DNA of 64,000 nucleotides, from NCBI GenBank assembly GCA_964487475.1, contig CAZAPM010000005.1:1-64000 (forward strand), given 5' to 3'. The position numbers were made by a program, and so were the translations under genes. Source of the DNA: an uncultured Planctomycetales bacterium (GTDB lineage: Bacteria > Omnitrophota > Gorgyraeia > Gygaellales > Profunditerraquicolaceae). The notes beneath the pieces were generated by a model, which saw only the letters and a list, made by a program, of their open reading frames with translations, was not told where the DNA came from and made no database searches. Positions 9,934 to 19,606 of the stretch are shown here, in pieces (position 1 is the stretch's first letter; each line of letters opens with the position of its first letter).

Positions 9934-10386
9934 ATGAGCCCTGGAGCGATCGAGGATTTTGCCGATAAGCTGGTAGAGGTGATGCCGGTGGTGATGCGGG
10001 AGCTTGCCCGCCGCCAGGTGCGCGAGATCTACGAAGGCAAGATCACCCTTCCCCAGGTGCTGGTGCTGGATTATCTGCACAGCCGTACCGGGGCCAAGAT
10101 GAAGGACCTGGCGGCAGAGCTTAAGGTAAGCACCGCCGCCATGACCGGGATCATCGACCGTATGGTGCGGGATAAATATGTGGCGCGGTCGTTCGACGAA
10201 CGCGACCGCAGGATCATCATCATCACCCCTACCCCGAAGGGCAGGGCGCTTTGCCAGAAGATAAGGCTGGAAAGGAAAGCGCTGGTGATGCAGATATTCG
10301 CGGGGATATCCCCGGAGGACAGGGCGCATTACCTTAATGTACTGCAGCAGATCAGGAAGTACCTGCTGGAAACGCTTCAGGGATGA
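9934..10386 (+). CDS. MarR family transcriptional regulator
   Basis: 'ITLPQVLVL', 'DLAAELKVSTAAMTGIIDRM', 'DERDRR'. Confidence 0.93.
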   Translation: MSPGAIEDFADKLVEVMPVVMRELARRQVREIYEGKITLPQVLVLDYLHSRTGAKMKDLAAELKVSTAAMTGIIDRMVRDKYVARSFDERDRRIIIITPTPKGRALCQKIRLERKALVMQIFAGISPEDRAHYLNVLQQIRKYLLETLQG

Positions 10387-11666
10387 ACATGACGAAACGG
10401 ATCGCGGTGTGGATTTTTTTCTGGTGTATGCTTCTCGGCGCATTGCCGGCGCAGGCCCAGGAGGTCTCTCTTTCCCTGGACGAGGCGCTGGCCTTAGGCA
10501 TGCGTCAGAACCAGAGCGTAAAACTTTCCCTTGATGAAGTGCTCCGCGCCCGGGCGGCGCTGGGGGAAGCCTCTTCCGAGCGGCTCCCTTCGGTAAATGC
10601 CGCAGGCAGCCTTACGCATACCATGGGCCTCTATGACAAGGATGTGCGGTCGATAAAGACCGATATCGGGGTCTCGCAGGTGCTTTTTGCCGGAGGCAGG
10701 ATCATCAATACCATTTCCTTCGCGGAGCAGGGGGTGGTGATCGCCCAGGCCGTGCTGGAAGGCGCGAAGCTGGAGGCGGCCCTGCAGATACGTAAGGCGT
10801 TCTTCGCCTGCCTGCTGGCGGAGAAGCTCGAAGCGGTGAACAAACATATCCTCTCCAACGCCCAGGCCCACTTCGCCGCGGTCAAGGCGCGTTATGATGC
10901 GGGCCAGGCCTCCCGTTCCGATCTTTTGCGTGTCGAACAATCGCTTGCGTCCGTGCAGCAGGCATATGAGGCGTCGCGCAACCAGCGTATCCAGGCGCAG
11001 GCGTTCTTGCAGACGGTCCTGGCATTGCAGCCGGGGGTACTTATAGTGCCGAAGGGAGAGCTTTCCTATCAGCCGCAGGAAGTCGCCTTCGATGAAGCGC
11101 TGCTGGCGGCCATGCGCAGCCGGCCGGAGATCCGCCGGTACGAAGCGCTGGAGAAGCAGGCTAAGGCTTCCGTCGGGATCGCCAAGTCCGGGAGCCGGCC
11201 GACGGTTTCGGCGGCCTGGGATTATTACAGCAGCTCGACCCCGGCCTTAGCCACCAGCTCGGCGCGGGCGTGGAACGATCATCAAATCGCGGGGATCACG
11301 GTCAGCTGGCCGGTATTTGACGGATGGGCGGCCAAGCGGCGGGTCGAGCAGGCGCTCTCCGAGGTTTCCCAGGCGCAGACGCTGCGGGAGAAGGCCGCGC
11401 TGGATATCGCCCTGGATGTGAAGACGGCGTATCTGGGGTTGCGCGATGCGGTCGAAGCCATCAAAGCTTCCGAAGCGGAGGTGGCGCTGTACCGGGACGC
11501 GCAGCAGGTCAGCAGCAGGAGATTCCAGGCCGGAGAGATGAGCGTGCTGGAGGCGGACGATGCCCAGCTGCGTTTCGAGATCGCGGTGTTCAACGGGGAT
11601 CAGGCATTATACGAATATTCGGTCGCGAAAGCGGCATTCGAGAAAGCGACGGGAGGATTGCGATGA
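10383..11666 (+). CDS. TolC family outer membrane efflux protein
   Basis: Signal peptide, 'LSLDEALALG', duplicated OEP pattern, position in an RND operon. Confidence 0.9.
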   Translation: MNMTKRIAVWIFFWCMLLGALPAQAQEVSLSLDEALALGMRQNQSVKLSLDEVLRARAALGEASSERLPSVNAAGSLTHTMGLYDKDVRSIKTDIGVSQVLFAGGRIINTISFAEQGVVIAQAVLEGAKLEAALQIRKAFFACLLAEKLEAVNKHILSNAQAHFAAVKARYDAGQASRSDLLRVEQSLASVQQAYEASRNQRIQAQAFLQTVLALQPGVLIVPKGELSYQPQEVAFDEALLAAMRSRPEIRRYEALEKQAKASVGIAKSGSRPTVSAAWDYYSSSTPALATSSARAWNDHQIAGITVSWPVFDGWAAKRRVEQALSEVSQAQTLREKAALDIALDVKTAYLGLRDAVEAIKASEAEVALYRDAQQVSSRRFQAGEMSVLEADDAQLRFEIAVFNGDQALYEYSVAKAAFEKATGGLR

Positions 11667-12553
11667 AGAGGCGTAACGGCAAGGCGTGGGCGGCGATCCT
11701 GCTTCTGGCGGGTGCGGCGAGCATCGGCGCGGGATGCAAGGAGAAAAAGGCCGTGCTCAACGAAGAGGAGAAGATCCCGGTGAGGGCGCAGAAGGTGCAG
11801 CTGCGCGATATCGCCGAAGCGGTCGAGTATGTGGGGGATATCCGCGGCGTGGACGAGGCCAAGGTATACCCTAAGGTAAGCGGTAAGGTGATGGAGAAGG
11901 TCAAGGAGGAGGGCGCGAAGGTGGCCAAGGGCGATACGCTCATGTATCTTGACCGGGATGAAGTGGGTATGCAGTACGCCAAAGCGCCGGTGGAGAGCCC
12001 TCTTTCGGGTATCGTGGGCCGCCTGTACGTGGACATAGGCTCGAACGTGTCCGCGCAAAGCGCCGTGGCGCTGGTGATGGACATGTCCAAGGCCAAGATT
12101 TTGCTGGAGGTCCCGGAGATACACCTGCCCAGGGTGGCGGTAGGGCAGAAGGCTTCGATCCGCGTCGATGCGTATCCGGGCGAGGTGTTCGAAGGCACGG
12201 TGACCCAGGTCAGCCCGGTGGTAAGCCTGGAGAACCGGGCGGCGCCCGTAGAGATCCTGCTGGATAACGCGGACGGCCGGCTCAGATCGGGGATGTTCGC
12301 ACACGTGGCGCTCATCCTGCAGATCCACACCGGTGTTCCTGTTGTGCCGAAAGAAGCGGTGCTGGGAAAGAACTCGGAGCGGTTCGTATATGTGGTCAGG
12401 TCCGGCAAGGCGAAGATGGCCCCGGTCAGGATCGGCGTGCGGGAGGGCCCGCAGTACGAGATCAAGAGCGGGCTCGCGGCCGGGGATATGGTCGTGGTGG
12501 TCGGCCAGCAGCGGTTGCGCGAAGGCGTCTCCGTGCTGGTGGAGCAGGAGTAA
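11663..12553 (+). CDS. RND efflux periplasmic adaptor (MFP), probable lipoprotein
   Basis: ATGA overlap at 11663; lipobox-like 'GAGC'; 'VYPKVSGKV', 'SPLSGIV', 'LRSGMFA'. Confidence 0.9.
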   Translation: MKRRNGKAWAAILLLAGAASIGAGCKEKKAVLNEEEKIPVRAQKVQLRDIAEAVEYVGDIRGVDEAKVYPKVSGKVMEKVKEEGAKVAKGDTLMYLDRDEVGMQYAKAPVESPLSGIVGRLYVDIGSNVSAQSAVALVMDMSKAKILLEVPEIHLPRVAVGQKASIRVDAYPGEVFEGTVTQVSPVVSLENRAAPVEILLDNADGRLRSGMFAHVALILQIHTGVPVVPKEAVLGKNSERFVYVVRSGKAKMAPVRIGVREGPQYEIKSGLAAGDMVVVVGQQRLREGVSVLVEQE

Positions 12554-12562
12554 GGGAGGCCT

Positions 12563-15500
12563 ATGAACTTACCCGCATTCGGAGTACGCAAGCCGGTCAC
12601 CAACCTGATGATCTTCTGCGCCATCATCATTTTGGCGCTGTATACCACCACCCGTATCGGCATCGACAGTATGCCTAAGATCGAGCCGCCGATCATCACC
12701 GTCATCTCCGCGTATCCGGGTGCGAGCCCCGAGGACGTCGAGCAGAAGGTCACCGAGCCGCTGGAGAACCAGCTCGCGACCACCCCGGGGATCGAGAAGA
12801 TCACCTCCACCTCTTCCGAAGGGCTTTCCCTCATCACCATCAAGCTGAAGTGGGGGGTGAGCATCGATGCCGCGTCCAACGACGTGCGGGACCGCATCGA
12901 CCTGGCCAAGCGGTTCCTGCCGGATATCCCCGATGAGATGGACAACCCCTTTATCTACAAATTCAATACTTCCAATATCCCGATCCTCTTTTTGGGGATC
13001 ACCGCGGATGAGTCATATGCCGGGCTTTATGACCTGATCGATAACAAGGTGGCGGATGCGCTGCGCCAGATGCCGGGGGTCGGCACCGTGGAGCTGATCG
13101 GCGCGCTGGAGCGGCAGATCAACGTGTTCCTTGACCGGCAAAGGCTGGAAGGCTACGGCCTTTCGGTGCTGGATATCGAGCGGACCCTGGCGCAGGAGAA
13201 TATCTCCCAGCCGGTAGGGAAGCTCAAGACCGGTTTAAGCGACTATCTGGTCAGGCTCCCGGGAGAATTCTCCTCTCCGGAGGAGATCAATACCGTGATC
13301 CTGGGCACGCGCGACGGAAAATTCGTGTACCTTAAGGACGTGGCCACGATCGAGGACAGTTTCAAGGAGCAGACCCTGCATGTGCGCATCAACCGCAAGC
13401 CGGGGCTGCTGCTGATGATCCAGAAGCAGACCGACAGCAACACGGTCGAAGTGGCTAAGCAGGTCAAAGCCAAACTGGCCTCGCTGGAGGTGGCGCTTCC
13501 CTCGGACGTGAAGATGTTCACGATCTTCGATACGTCCCAGGACATCATCGATTCCCTCGATACTTTGGGTCAGACCGTATGGCTGGGGATCCTGCTGGTC
13601 ATGGTGGTGGTGTGGTTCTTTCTGCGCCGGTTCCTGCCCAGCTTTATCATCGCGCTGACCATCCCCTTCTCGCTGATGATCTCTTTCATCTATATCTTTC
13701 TGGCGGGAAAGACCGTCAATACCATCAGCCTTTCTTCCCTGGCCATCGCCACCGGCATGGTGGTGGATAATGCCATCGTGGTGGTGGACAATATCTTCCG
13801 CAAGCTTGAGCGCGGCAATCGCCCGGCGGAAGCAGCGATCTTCGGGACTCAGGAGATGTTCCTTTCCATCGCCGCTTCCACGGCGACGACCGTGGTGGTG
13901 TTCATGCCCATGCTTTTCCTCCCCGGGATCGTCGGCGTCATCTTCGGGGAATTGGCGGTGATCGTGACCGCGACATTGGTCGGGTCGCTTTTCACCGCGG
14001 CGACGTTCACCCCGATGGTTTGTTCCAAGTGGATGACCTCGGCGCGGGTTTCCGGACAGAAACATCCTTTATTCAAGAAGTTTTATGATTTTGCGGAAGG
14101 AGTGTTCGTTTCCTGGGAATCCGCGTATTCGCGGGCGCTGGGCTGGTGCCTGGGCCATAAGAAGATGGTGCTGGGTAGTTTCGGCGTGGCTTTTCTCGCG
14201 ACCATGGCCATGGTGCCGCTGGTGGGTAACGAGTTCTTCCCGGAGGAGGACACGGGAGATGTGCGCCTTACCATCCATATGCCTTTGGGCACCCGCCTGG
14301 AGGAGAGCGATAAGGTGGCGCGCCGTATCGAAGAGATGATGGTCAAGGAGATCCCCGAGGCCAAGTTCTTCTTCGCCCGTACCGGAGAGGTCCCCGGCCG
14401 CAGCCGGGCCAGCGGTCAGGCCGCAGGGACCAATATCGTCACCGGGGGGGCCAAGCTCGTGCCTAAGAATGAACGCACCCGTTCCGACAAGATGATCGCG
14501 CAGGCGATGCGCGACAGGGTCAAGGTGATCCCCGGAGTGATGAAGATCGATATCTCCACCGGAAATCCCATCGGCAGGATGATCACCGGAACCGGAGGCA
14601 AGGCGATCACGGTCGAGGTGCTGGGGGATTCCTTTGAGGAAACCGGCGCGGCGGCGGAGCGGATCAAAGCGGTCATGCAGCGGATCCCCGGGGCTGTGGA
14701 TGCGTCGATCTCCCGGGAGCTCAACCGCCCGGAGCTTAAGATCCAGGTGGACAGGGAAAAGGCCGCGAACCTGGGCCTGACCATGCACACCATCGCCTCG
14801 AGCCTGAACGCGTATATCCAGGGTTCGACCGCGACGAAGTACCGGGAGAAGGGGGAGACGTACGATATTTACGTCCGCCTCGCGGAATCTTCCCGGCAGA
14901 AGATAGAGGACCTGGAGAATCTCACCCTGGTATCCCCGCTTACCCAGGCGCAGGTGCGGCTTTCCAATATCGCCCGGATATACGAGGAAGCCGGGCCGCT
15001 GGAGATCGAGCGCCAGAACCGCGCCCGGGCGCTGTATGTGGAATGCAATACCTTCAACCGCTCTTCCGGCAAGGTGGTGGAGGATCTCAAGGCCGAACTT
15101 TCCAAGATGGCGTTCCCTCAGGATGTCCTGGTCAATTTCGGAGGGGAGGCGGAGGAGCAGAAAAAAGCGTTCCGGGACTTAGGGCTCCTGCTGCTGCTGG
15201 GGGTCGTCCTGGTCTACATGATCATGGCCGCGCAGTTCGAGTCGCTGGCAGATCCTTTCATCATCATGTTCGCGATCCCCTTCACCTTCATCGGCGTAAT
15301 CATTTCCTTCGTGCTTACCCGCACGACGTTGAGCATCGTCAGTTACTTAGGTATCATCATGCTCATGGGTATCGTGGTCAATAACGCCATCGTGCTGGTC
15401 AGTTATATCATCATTCTGCGCGGCCGGGGGCATTCCATGTACGAAGCCGTGACCATGGCCGGCAAGGACCGCCTGCGTCCGATCCTCATGACCACCATTA

Positions 15501-15673
15501 CCACGCTGGCCGGGTTGTTGCCCATGGCCATATCCACGGGTGTGGGGTCCGAGAGCTGGCAGCCGCTGGGGATCACCATGATCGGCGGGCTTACCGTATC
15601 GACCCTGATCACGCTGTTGTTCGTGCCGACCATGTATGCGGTCTTCCACCGTAGGCAGGAGGCGAAGGTATGA
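12563..15673 (+). CDS. RND efflux permease (AcrB/AcrD/AcrF family)
   Basis: 1036 aa; 'YPGASPEDVE', 'GMVVDNAIVV', 'GIVVNNAIVL', 'RLRPILMT'. Confidence 0.96.
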   Translation: MNLPAFGVRKPVTNLMIFCAIIILALYTTTRIGIDSMPKIEPPIITVISAYPGASPEDVEQKVTEPLENQLATTPGIEKITSTSSEGLSLITIKLKWGVSIDAASNDVRDRIDLAKRFLPDIPDEMDNPFIYKFNTSNIPILFLGITADESYAGLYDLIDNKVADALRQMPGVGTVELIGALERQINVFLDRQRLEGYGLSVLDIERTLAQENISQPVGKLKTGLSDYLVRLPGEFSSPEEINTVILGTRDGKFVYLKDVATIEDSFKEQTLHVRINRKPGLLLMIQKQTDSNTVEVAKQVKAKLASLEVALPSDVKMFTIFDTSQDIIDSLDTLGQTVWLGILLVMVVVWFFLRRFLPSFIIALTIPFSLMISFIYIFLAGKTVNTISLSSLAIATGMVVDNAIVVVDNIFRKLERGNRPAEAAIFGTQEMFLSIAASTATTVVVFMPMLFLPGIVGVIFGELAVIVTATLVGSLFTAATFTPMVCSKWMTSARVSGQKHPLFKKFYDFAEGVFVSWESAYSRALGWCLGHKKMVLGSFGVAFLATMAMVPLVGNEFFPEEDTGDVRLTIHMPLGTRLEESDKVARRIEEMMVKEIPEAKFFFARTGEVPGRSRASGQAAGTNIVTGGAKLVPKNERTRSDKMIAQAMRDRVKVIPGVMKIDISTGNPIGRMITGTGGKAITVEVLGDSFEETGAAAERIKAVMQRIPGAVDASISRELNRPELKIQVDREKAANLGLTMHTIASSLNAYIQGSTATKYREKGETYDIYVRLAESSRQKIEDLENLTLVSPLTQAQVRLSNIARIYEEAGPLEIERQNRARALYVECNTFNRSSGKVVEDLKAELSKMAFPQDVLVNFGGEAEEQKKAFRDLGLLLLLGVVLVYMIMAAQFESLADPFIIMFAIPFTFIGVIISFVLTRTTLSIVSYLGIIMLMGIVVNNAIVLVSYIIILRGRGHSMYEAVTMAGKDRLRPILMTTITTLAGLLPMAISTGVGSESWQPLGITMIGGLTVSTLITLLFVPTMYAVFHRRQEAKV

Positions 15674-15963
15674 TGAAAATGGTGATGGTGGTATATAACG
15701 AGGCTATGGACCTGGAAGTGATGGAGGTGCTGCAGGGGTGCGCCATGAAGAATTTCACCAAGGTCATGGGCGTATACGGCCGCGGGACGCACTCCGGCAC
15801 TCATATGGGCAACGATATCTGGCCTGGCCGCAACAATATCCTGTACGTGGCGTGCGCTCCGGAGCAGGCGCGGAAGTTGCTGGGATGCGTCGCGGCGCTG
15901 AAAAAGACCCTCGGGCATGAGGGGATCAAGGCGTTCCTGATGCCGGTTGAGGAGTCGGTGTAA
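15670..15963 (+). CDS. P-II-like transporter-associated protein (PG0541 family)
   Basis: 'GRGTHSGTHMGNDIWPG'; small protein directly after the RND permease. Confidence 0.75.
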   Translation: MMKMVMVVYNEAMDLEVMEVLQGCAMKNFTKVMGVYGRGTHSGTHMGNDIWPGRNNILYVACAPEQARKLLGCVAALKKTLGHEGIKAFLMPVEESV

Positions 15964-15970
15964 TAAACTG

Positions 15971-15999
15971 TTGAACTCTCCCCGGTTTAGGGTTACAAT
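15971..15999 (+). promoter_or_regulatory. Probable sigma70 promoter
   Basis: TTGAAC-N17-TACAAT. Confidence 0.55.
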
Positions 16000-16026
16000 A
16001 AGCCATTGAAAGAGGAGGGTGCGCAG

Positions 16027-16275
16027 ATGCAGGTAAGTATCGTGGTCTTATCTCTCGGCAAGCGTCATGCGGAAGCAGTCACTCTGCAGGGGGTGCTGAC
16101 ACAGTGGGGATGCATCATCAGGACCCGTTTAGGGATCCACGGAGCCGTGGGCAGCAGCTGTTCCGATCGCGGCCTGATCATCCTGGAAGTGGTGTCGACC
16201 GCCGCCCAGAAAGCGAAGTTCCTCAAGGATTTGCGGCGCGTGCCGGCGCTGAAGGTTAAATCAGTCGATCTGTAA
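16027..16275 (+). CDS. Small ACT-like protein, similar to TM1266/iron-only hydrogenase regulator family
   Basis: GAGGAGG SD; 'QGVLTQWGCIIRTRLGIH...CSDRGLIILEV'. Confidence 0.6.
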   Translation: MQVSIVVLSLGKRHAEAVTLQGVLTQWGCIIRTRLGIHGAVGSSCSDRGLIILEVVSTAAQKAKFLKDLRRVPALKVKSVDL

Positions 16276-16299
16276 GCAATACACAAAAGGAAGGCGTCT

Positions 16300-16461
16300 A
16301 TGGTCGAAAGGTCTGAATTCAAAGGTAAGCCCATCCTGGTCCTGAAGCGGGACGAGGAGGATAAGTATCCGTTCTCATTCGGCCTTTCCAAGGCGCGCCT
16401 TATCATCGAGCACTTCGAGGACGTCAAGAAGTTCGTTGAGGAGTACAAGGAAGAAAAGTAG
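16300..16461 (+). CDS. Small hypothetical protein (53 aa), below the ORF-track cutoff
   Basis: AAGGAAGG upstream; MVERSEFKGKPILVLKRDEEDKYPFSFGLSKARLIIEHFEDVKKFVEEYKEEK*; codon style matches neighbouring genes. Confidence 0.75.
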   Translation: MVERSEFKGKPILVLKRDEEDKYPFSFGLSKARLIIEHFEDVKKFVEEYKEEK

Positions 16462-16482
16462 TTTTCCGCCGGAGCGTGTGGG

Positions 16483-16511
16483 TTGAAAAGGCGGTCCGGA
16501 TATGGTATTAT
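16483..16511 (+). promoter_or_regulatory. sigma70 promoter with extended -10
   Basis: TTGAAA-N17-TATTAT with TG at -15/-14. Confidence 0.6.
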
Positions 16512-16680
16512 TGTTATGAAAGAGATCTTCCTTGGGGCAAGGGGGAAATTACCAGCGGGCAGGCAATGCCCGGGAAACCCACATAAATAATTTCTCCCCT
16601 TGCTTCTTTTTTTGTGCGGAAAGCACAACACCCAGCATACCTTATAGCTGGGGTGTAGGTGCGGAAAGCACATCCCAGCT

Positions 16681-16896
16681 ATGCATGAAAACAAAACCTT
16701 ACTCGAGCGGATACTGTACAAATACGAATACGTCGGCTACGTCGAGAAGGACGGCAACGTACTGAAGAAGTATAAGAAGGTCAAGCGTTTCCCCATGCTC
16801 GGACGGGGGATCAAGATAGTATTGTACCTGCTTTTCGGCGCCGCACTGGTGTATATCGCCCAATTACTTTCCAGTATCACGCTTTTCAACAAATAA
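16681..16896 (+). CDS. Small hypothetical membrane protein
   Basis: 71 aa; basic N-terminus and one C-terminal TM helix. Confidence 0.6.
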   Translation: MHENKTLLERILYKYEYVGYVEKDGNVLKKYKKVKRFPMLGRGIKIVLYLLFGAALVYIAQLLSSITLFNK

Positions 16897-16912
16897 TACC
16901 GGGAGAATACCG

Positions 16913-17458
16913 ATGATAAAACACCTGTTGGGAGCATTCTGTATCGCAGCGTTCAGTATCGCACAAGGAGGAGTGAGCATGGCACAGGAAGGCAATATCG
17001 CAGTGCTGGAAACGACCCAGGGGACTATCGAGATCGCGCTCAAGCCCGAAGTGGCGCCCAAGGCGGTCGAGAATTTCCAGGGGCTGATCAAGAACGGATA
17101 TTATGAAGAGGTCATTTTTCACCGCGTGATCAAGGATTTCATGATCCAGGGCGGGGACCCGACGGGTACCGGCCGCGGGGGCGAGTCGGTGTGGGGTAAA
17201 CCTTTCGAGGATGAATGCACTCCCCAGGTCACGTTCAGCAAGCCCGGCCTCCTGGCCATGGCGAATGCCGGCCCGCGCACGAACGGCAGCCAGTTCTTTA
17301 TCACGACCGTTCCCTGCCCGTGGCTCAACGGTAAACATACCATCTTCGGCGAAGTGGTCAAGGGCATGGAAGTGGTGACGCAGATCGAGAACGTCCCGGT
17401 CGGCCCGGGCGACCGTCCGCGCACCGACGTGAAGATCCTGCGCGCCTATCTGAAATAG
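16913..17458 (+). CDS. Cyclophilin-type peptidyl-prolyl cis-trans isomerase (alternative start 16979)
   Basis: 'FHRVIKDFMIQGGDPTGTGRGG', 'AMANAGPRTNGSQFFIT', 'LNGKHTIFG'. Confidence 0.96.
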   Translation: MIKHLLGAFCIAAFSIAQGGVSMAQEGNIAVLETTQGTIEIALKPEVAPKAVENFQGLIKNGYYEEVIFHRVIKDFMIQGGDPTGTGRGGESVWGKPFEDECTPQVTFSKPGLLAMANAGPRTNGSQFFITTVPCPWLNGKHTIFGEVVKGMEVVTQIENVPVGPGDRPRTDVKILRAYLK

Positions 17459-17467
17459 CGCCGCGGG

Positions 17468-19519
17468 ATGCGTTTTTCTATCGAGTACGCCAAGGAGCTC
17501 AATACTGCCCAGCTTGCCGCCGTGCAGTCGACCGAAGGTCCGCATCTGGTGATCGCGGGCGCGGGAAGCGGCAAGACGCGGGTGCTGGTATACCGTGTCG
17601 CCTATCTGGTGGAGAAGGGGGTGGACCCGCAGGATATCCTCCTCCTTACCTTTACCCGCAAAGCCTCGCAGGAGATGCTGCGCCGCGCCAGCCTGCTGCT
17701 GGATGAGAGGTGCCAGCGGGTTTCCGGAGGCACGTTCCACTCCTTTGCCAACGCCATCCTGCGCAAATACGCGCCCCTGCTGGGGTTCTCCAGTTCCTTC
17801 ACCATCCTCGACCAGTCCGATGCCGAGGATACCGTCAATCTGATCCGCACCCAGCTGGGCTACCACAAGCAGGACAAACGTTTCCCCCGCAAGGCCGCCA
17901 TCCTGGAGGTGATCTCGAAAAGCGTGAACCGCTCCCTGGACCTGGCCAAAGTGATCTACGACGAATATCCCCAGTTCATGGAGTGGGATTCCGAGATCGC
18001 CCGCATCCGTAACGATTACCAGGCCTACAAGAAGAACAAATCCCTGATGGATTACGACGACCTCCTGGTCTACCTCAAGGAGTTGCTGGTGACCCGGCCC
18101 GAGGTGCGCACCGCGCTTTCCCGCCGGTACCGCTACATCATGGTCGACGAGTACCAGGATACCAATAAGCTGCAGGCGTACATCGTATGCCTGCTTTCCA
18201 GCGAGCACAAGAACGTCATGGTGGTCGGGGACGATTCGCAGAGCATCTATTCTTTCCGCGGGGCGAATTTCAAGAACATCATCGATTTCCCCAATCTTTT
18301 CCCCGGCGCCAAGGTGATCATGCTGGAGGAGAATTACCGCTCCCTGCAGCCGATCCTCAACCTCACCAACGAGGTGATCCATTATTCGAAGGAGAAGTTC
18401 GATAAGAACCTTTTTACCCGCCGGACCGGAGGCACGCTGCCGGTGTTCGTGGATGCGGCGGACGAGCATGCCCAGTCCCGGTATGTGGCGGATAAGATCC
18501 TGGAACTGCGGGAGAGCGGGGTGGAGCTGAAGGATGTGGCGGTGCTGTTCCGTTCGGGGTGGCATTCGAACGACCTGGAAGTCGAGCTGGCCTCCCGTAA
18601 TATCCCCTTTGTGAAGTACGGCGGCCAGAAATTCGTGGCGGCGTCGCATATCAAGGACGCGATGTCCTATTTGCGCATCATTTATAACATGTACGATGAG
18701 GTCAGCTGGCTGCGGTTGCTGCTTCTGCTGCGGGGAATTGGTCCAAAGACCGCGGAGAGGGTGCTCCAGGGAGTAGTGGCGGCCAAGCAGGGGCTGGAGT
18801 ATAAGGATGCGCTCCTGTTCAAGCACGAGGATTTGAAGAGCCTCATGGAGGTGTTGCGTTCGGTGGATCCCTCGGCCATGGCGCCGGCTGCCATGCTCGA
18901 GCTTTTCCTTAAGCATTACGGGCCGCTCCTGCGGGAGAAGTATGATGATTACCATAAGCGTATCAATGACTTGGAGTCTCTTTTGCGCATCGCCGAGCGG
19001 TATACTTCCCTGACCGAATTCCTGACCGACATGGCGCTTGAGCCTCCGGAGCGAAGCATTATCGAGGCAGGCACCCTGGACCGGGACGATTCCCCGGTGA
19101 CCCTTTCCACGATCCATTCCGCCAAAGGGTTGGAGTGGCACACGGTATTCCTGCTGTATGCGGCAGAGGGGCATTTGCCCTCCTACCTGTCTCTGGAAAG
19201 CGAGGAAGGGATCGAGGAGGAGCGTCGCTTGTTCTACGTCGCCACCACCCGGGCAAAGGAAAACCTTTATATGCTCAAACCTCACCTGGAGCGCTCCCCC
19301 CGCGGCTATATGCATGAGGGCGGGTCGGTCTTTACCCAGGCTTCCCGTTTTCTGACCGAGGGCGGGATCATGCAGGGGATGGTGCACATCGAGTCCGAAG
19401 GCAGGGATGCGTTCGACGAGGTGGATGAAGAGGATGTGACCGGTGAGCGAGGGGCCCGCGGTACAAGCGACACCTACCTGCGCCTGATGAAGGAGTATTT
19501 CGAGGGCGAAGAGGGATAA
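17468..19519 (+). CDS. UvrD/PcrA/Rep family ATP-dependent DNA helicase
   Basis: 'AGAGSGKT', 'VDEYQDTN', 'VGDDSQSIYSFRGA', 'TIHSAKGLEW', 'EERRLFYVATTRA'. Confidence 0.95.
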   Translation: MRFSIEYAKELNTAQLAAVQSTEGPHLVIAGAGSGKTRVLVYRVAYLVEKGVDPQDILLLTFTRKASQEMLRRASLLLDERCQRVSGGTFHSFANAILRKYAPLLGFSSSFTILDQSDAEDTVNLIRTQLGYHKQDKRFPRKAAILEVISKSVNRSLDLAKVIYDEYPQFMEWDSEIARIRNDYQAYKKNKSLMDYDDLLVYLKELLVTRPEVRTALSRRYRYIMVDEYQDTNKLQAYIVCLLSSEHKNVMVVGDDSQSIYSFRGANFKNIIDFPNLFPGAKVIMLEENYRSLQPILNLTNEVIHYSKEKFDKNLFTRRTGGTLPVFVDAADEHAQSRYVADKILELRESGVELKDVAVLFRSGWHSNDLEVELASRNIPFVKYGGQKFVAASHIKDAMSYLRIIYNMYDEVSWLRLLLLLRGIGPKTAERVLQGVVAAKQGLEYKDALLFKHEDLKSLMEVLRSVDPSAMAPAAMLELFLKHYGPLLREKYDDYHKRINDLESLLRIAERYTSLTEFLTDMALEPPERSIIEAGTLDRDDSPVTLSTIHSAKGLEWHTVFLLYAAEGHLPSYLSLESEEGIEEERRLFYVATTRAKENLYMLKPHLERSPRGYMHEGGSVFTQASRFLTEGGIMQGMVHIESEGRDAFDEVDEEDVTGERGARGTSDTYLRLMKEYFEGEEG

Positions 19520-19529
19520 AGCAATTTTC

Positions 19530-19558
19530 TTGACACGAAAAAAGAACGATAGTATAAT
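19530..19558 (+). promoter_or_regulatory. Perfect-consensus sigma70 promoter heading the PKS cluster
   Basis: TTGACA-N17-TATAAT, followed by the palindrome GTTAAATTTAAC (19566-19577). Confidence 0.85.
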
Positions 19559-19606
19559 CAATTAGTTAAATTTAACCATATTTTTGCTGAGTGGGAATTT
19601 CTTGCC

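Noticed and set aside
16886..19561. 891-aa minus-strand ORF
   Set aside because: Antisense shadow of the cyclophilin and helicase genes, typical of high-GC codon bias; no motifs of its own.
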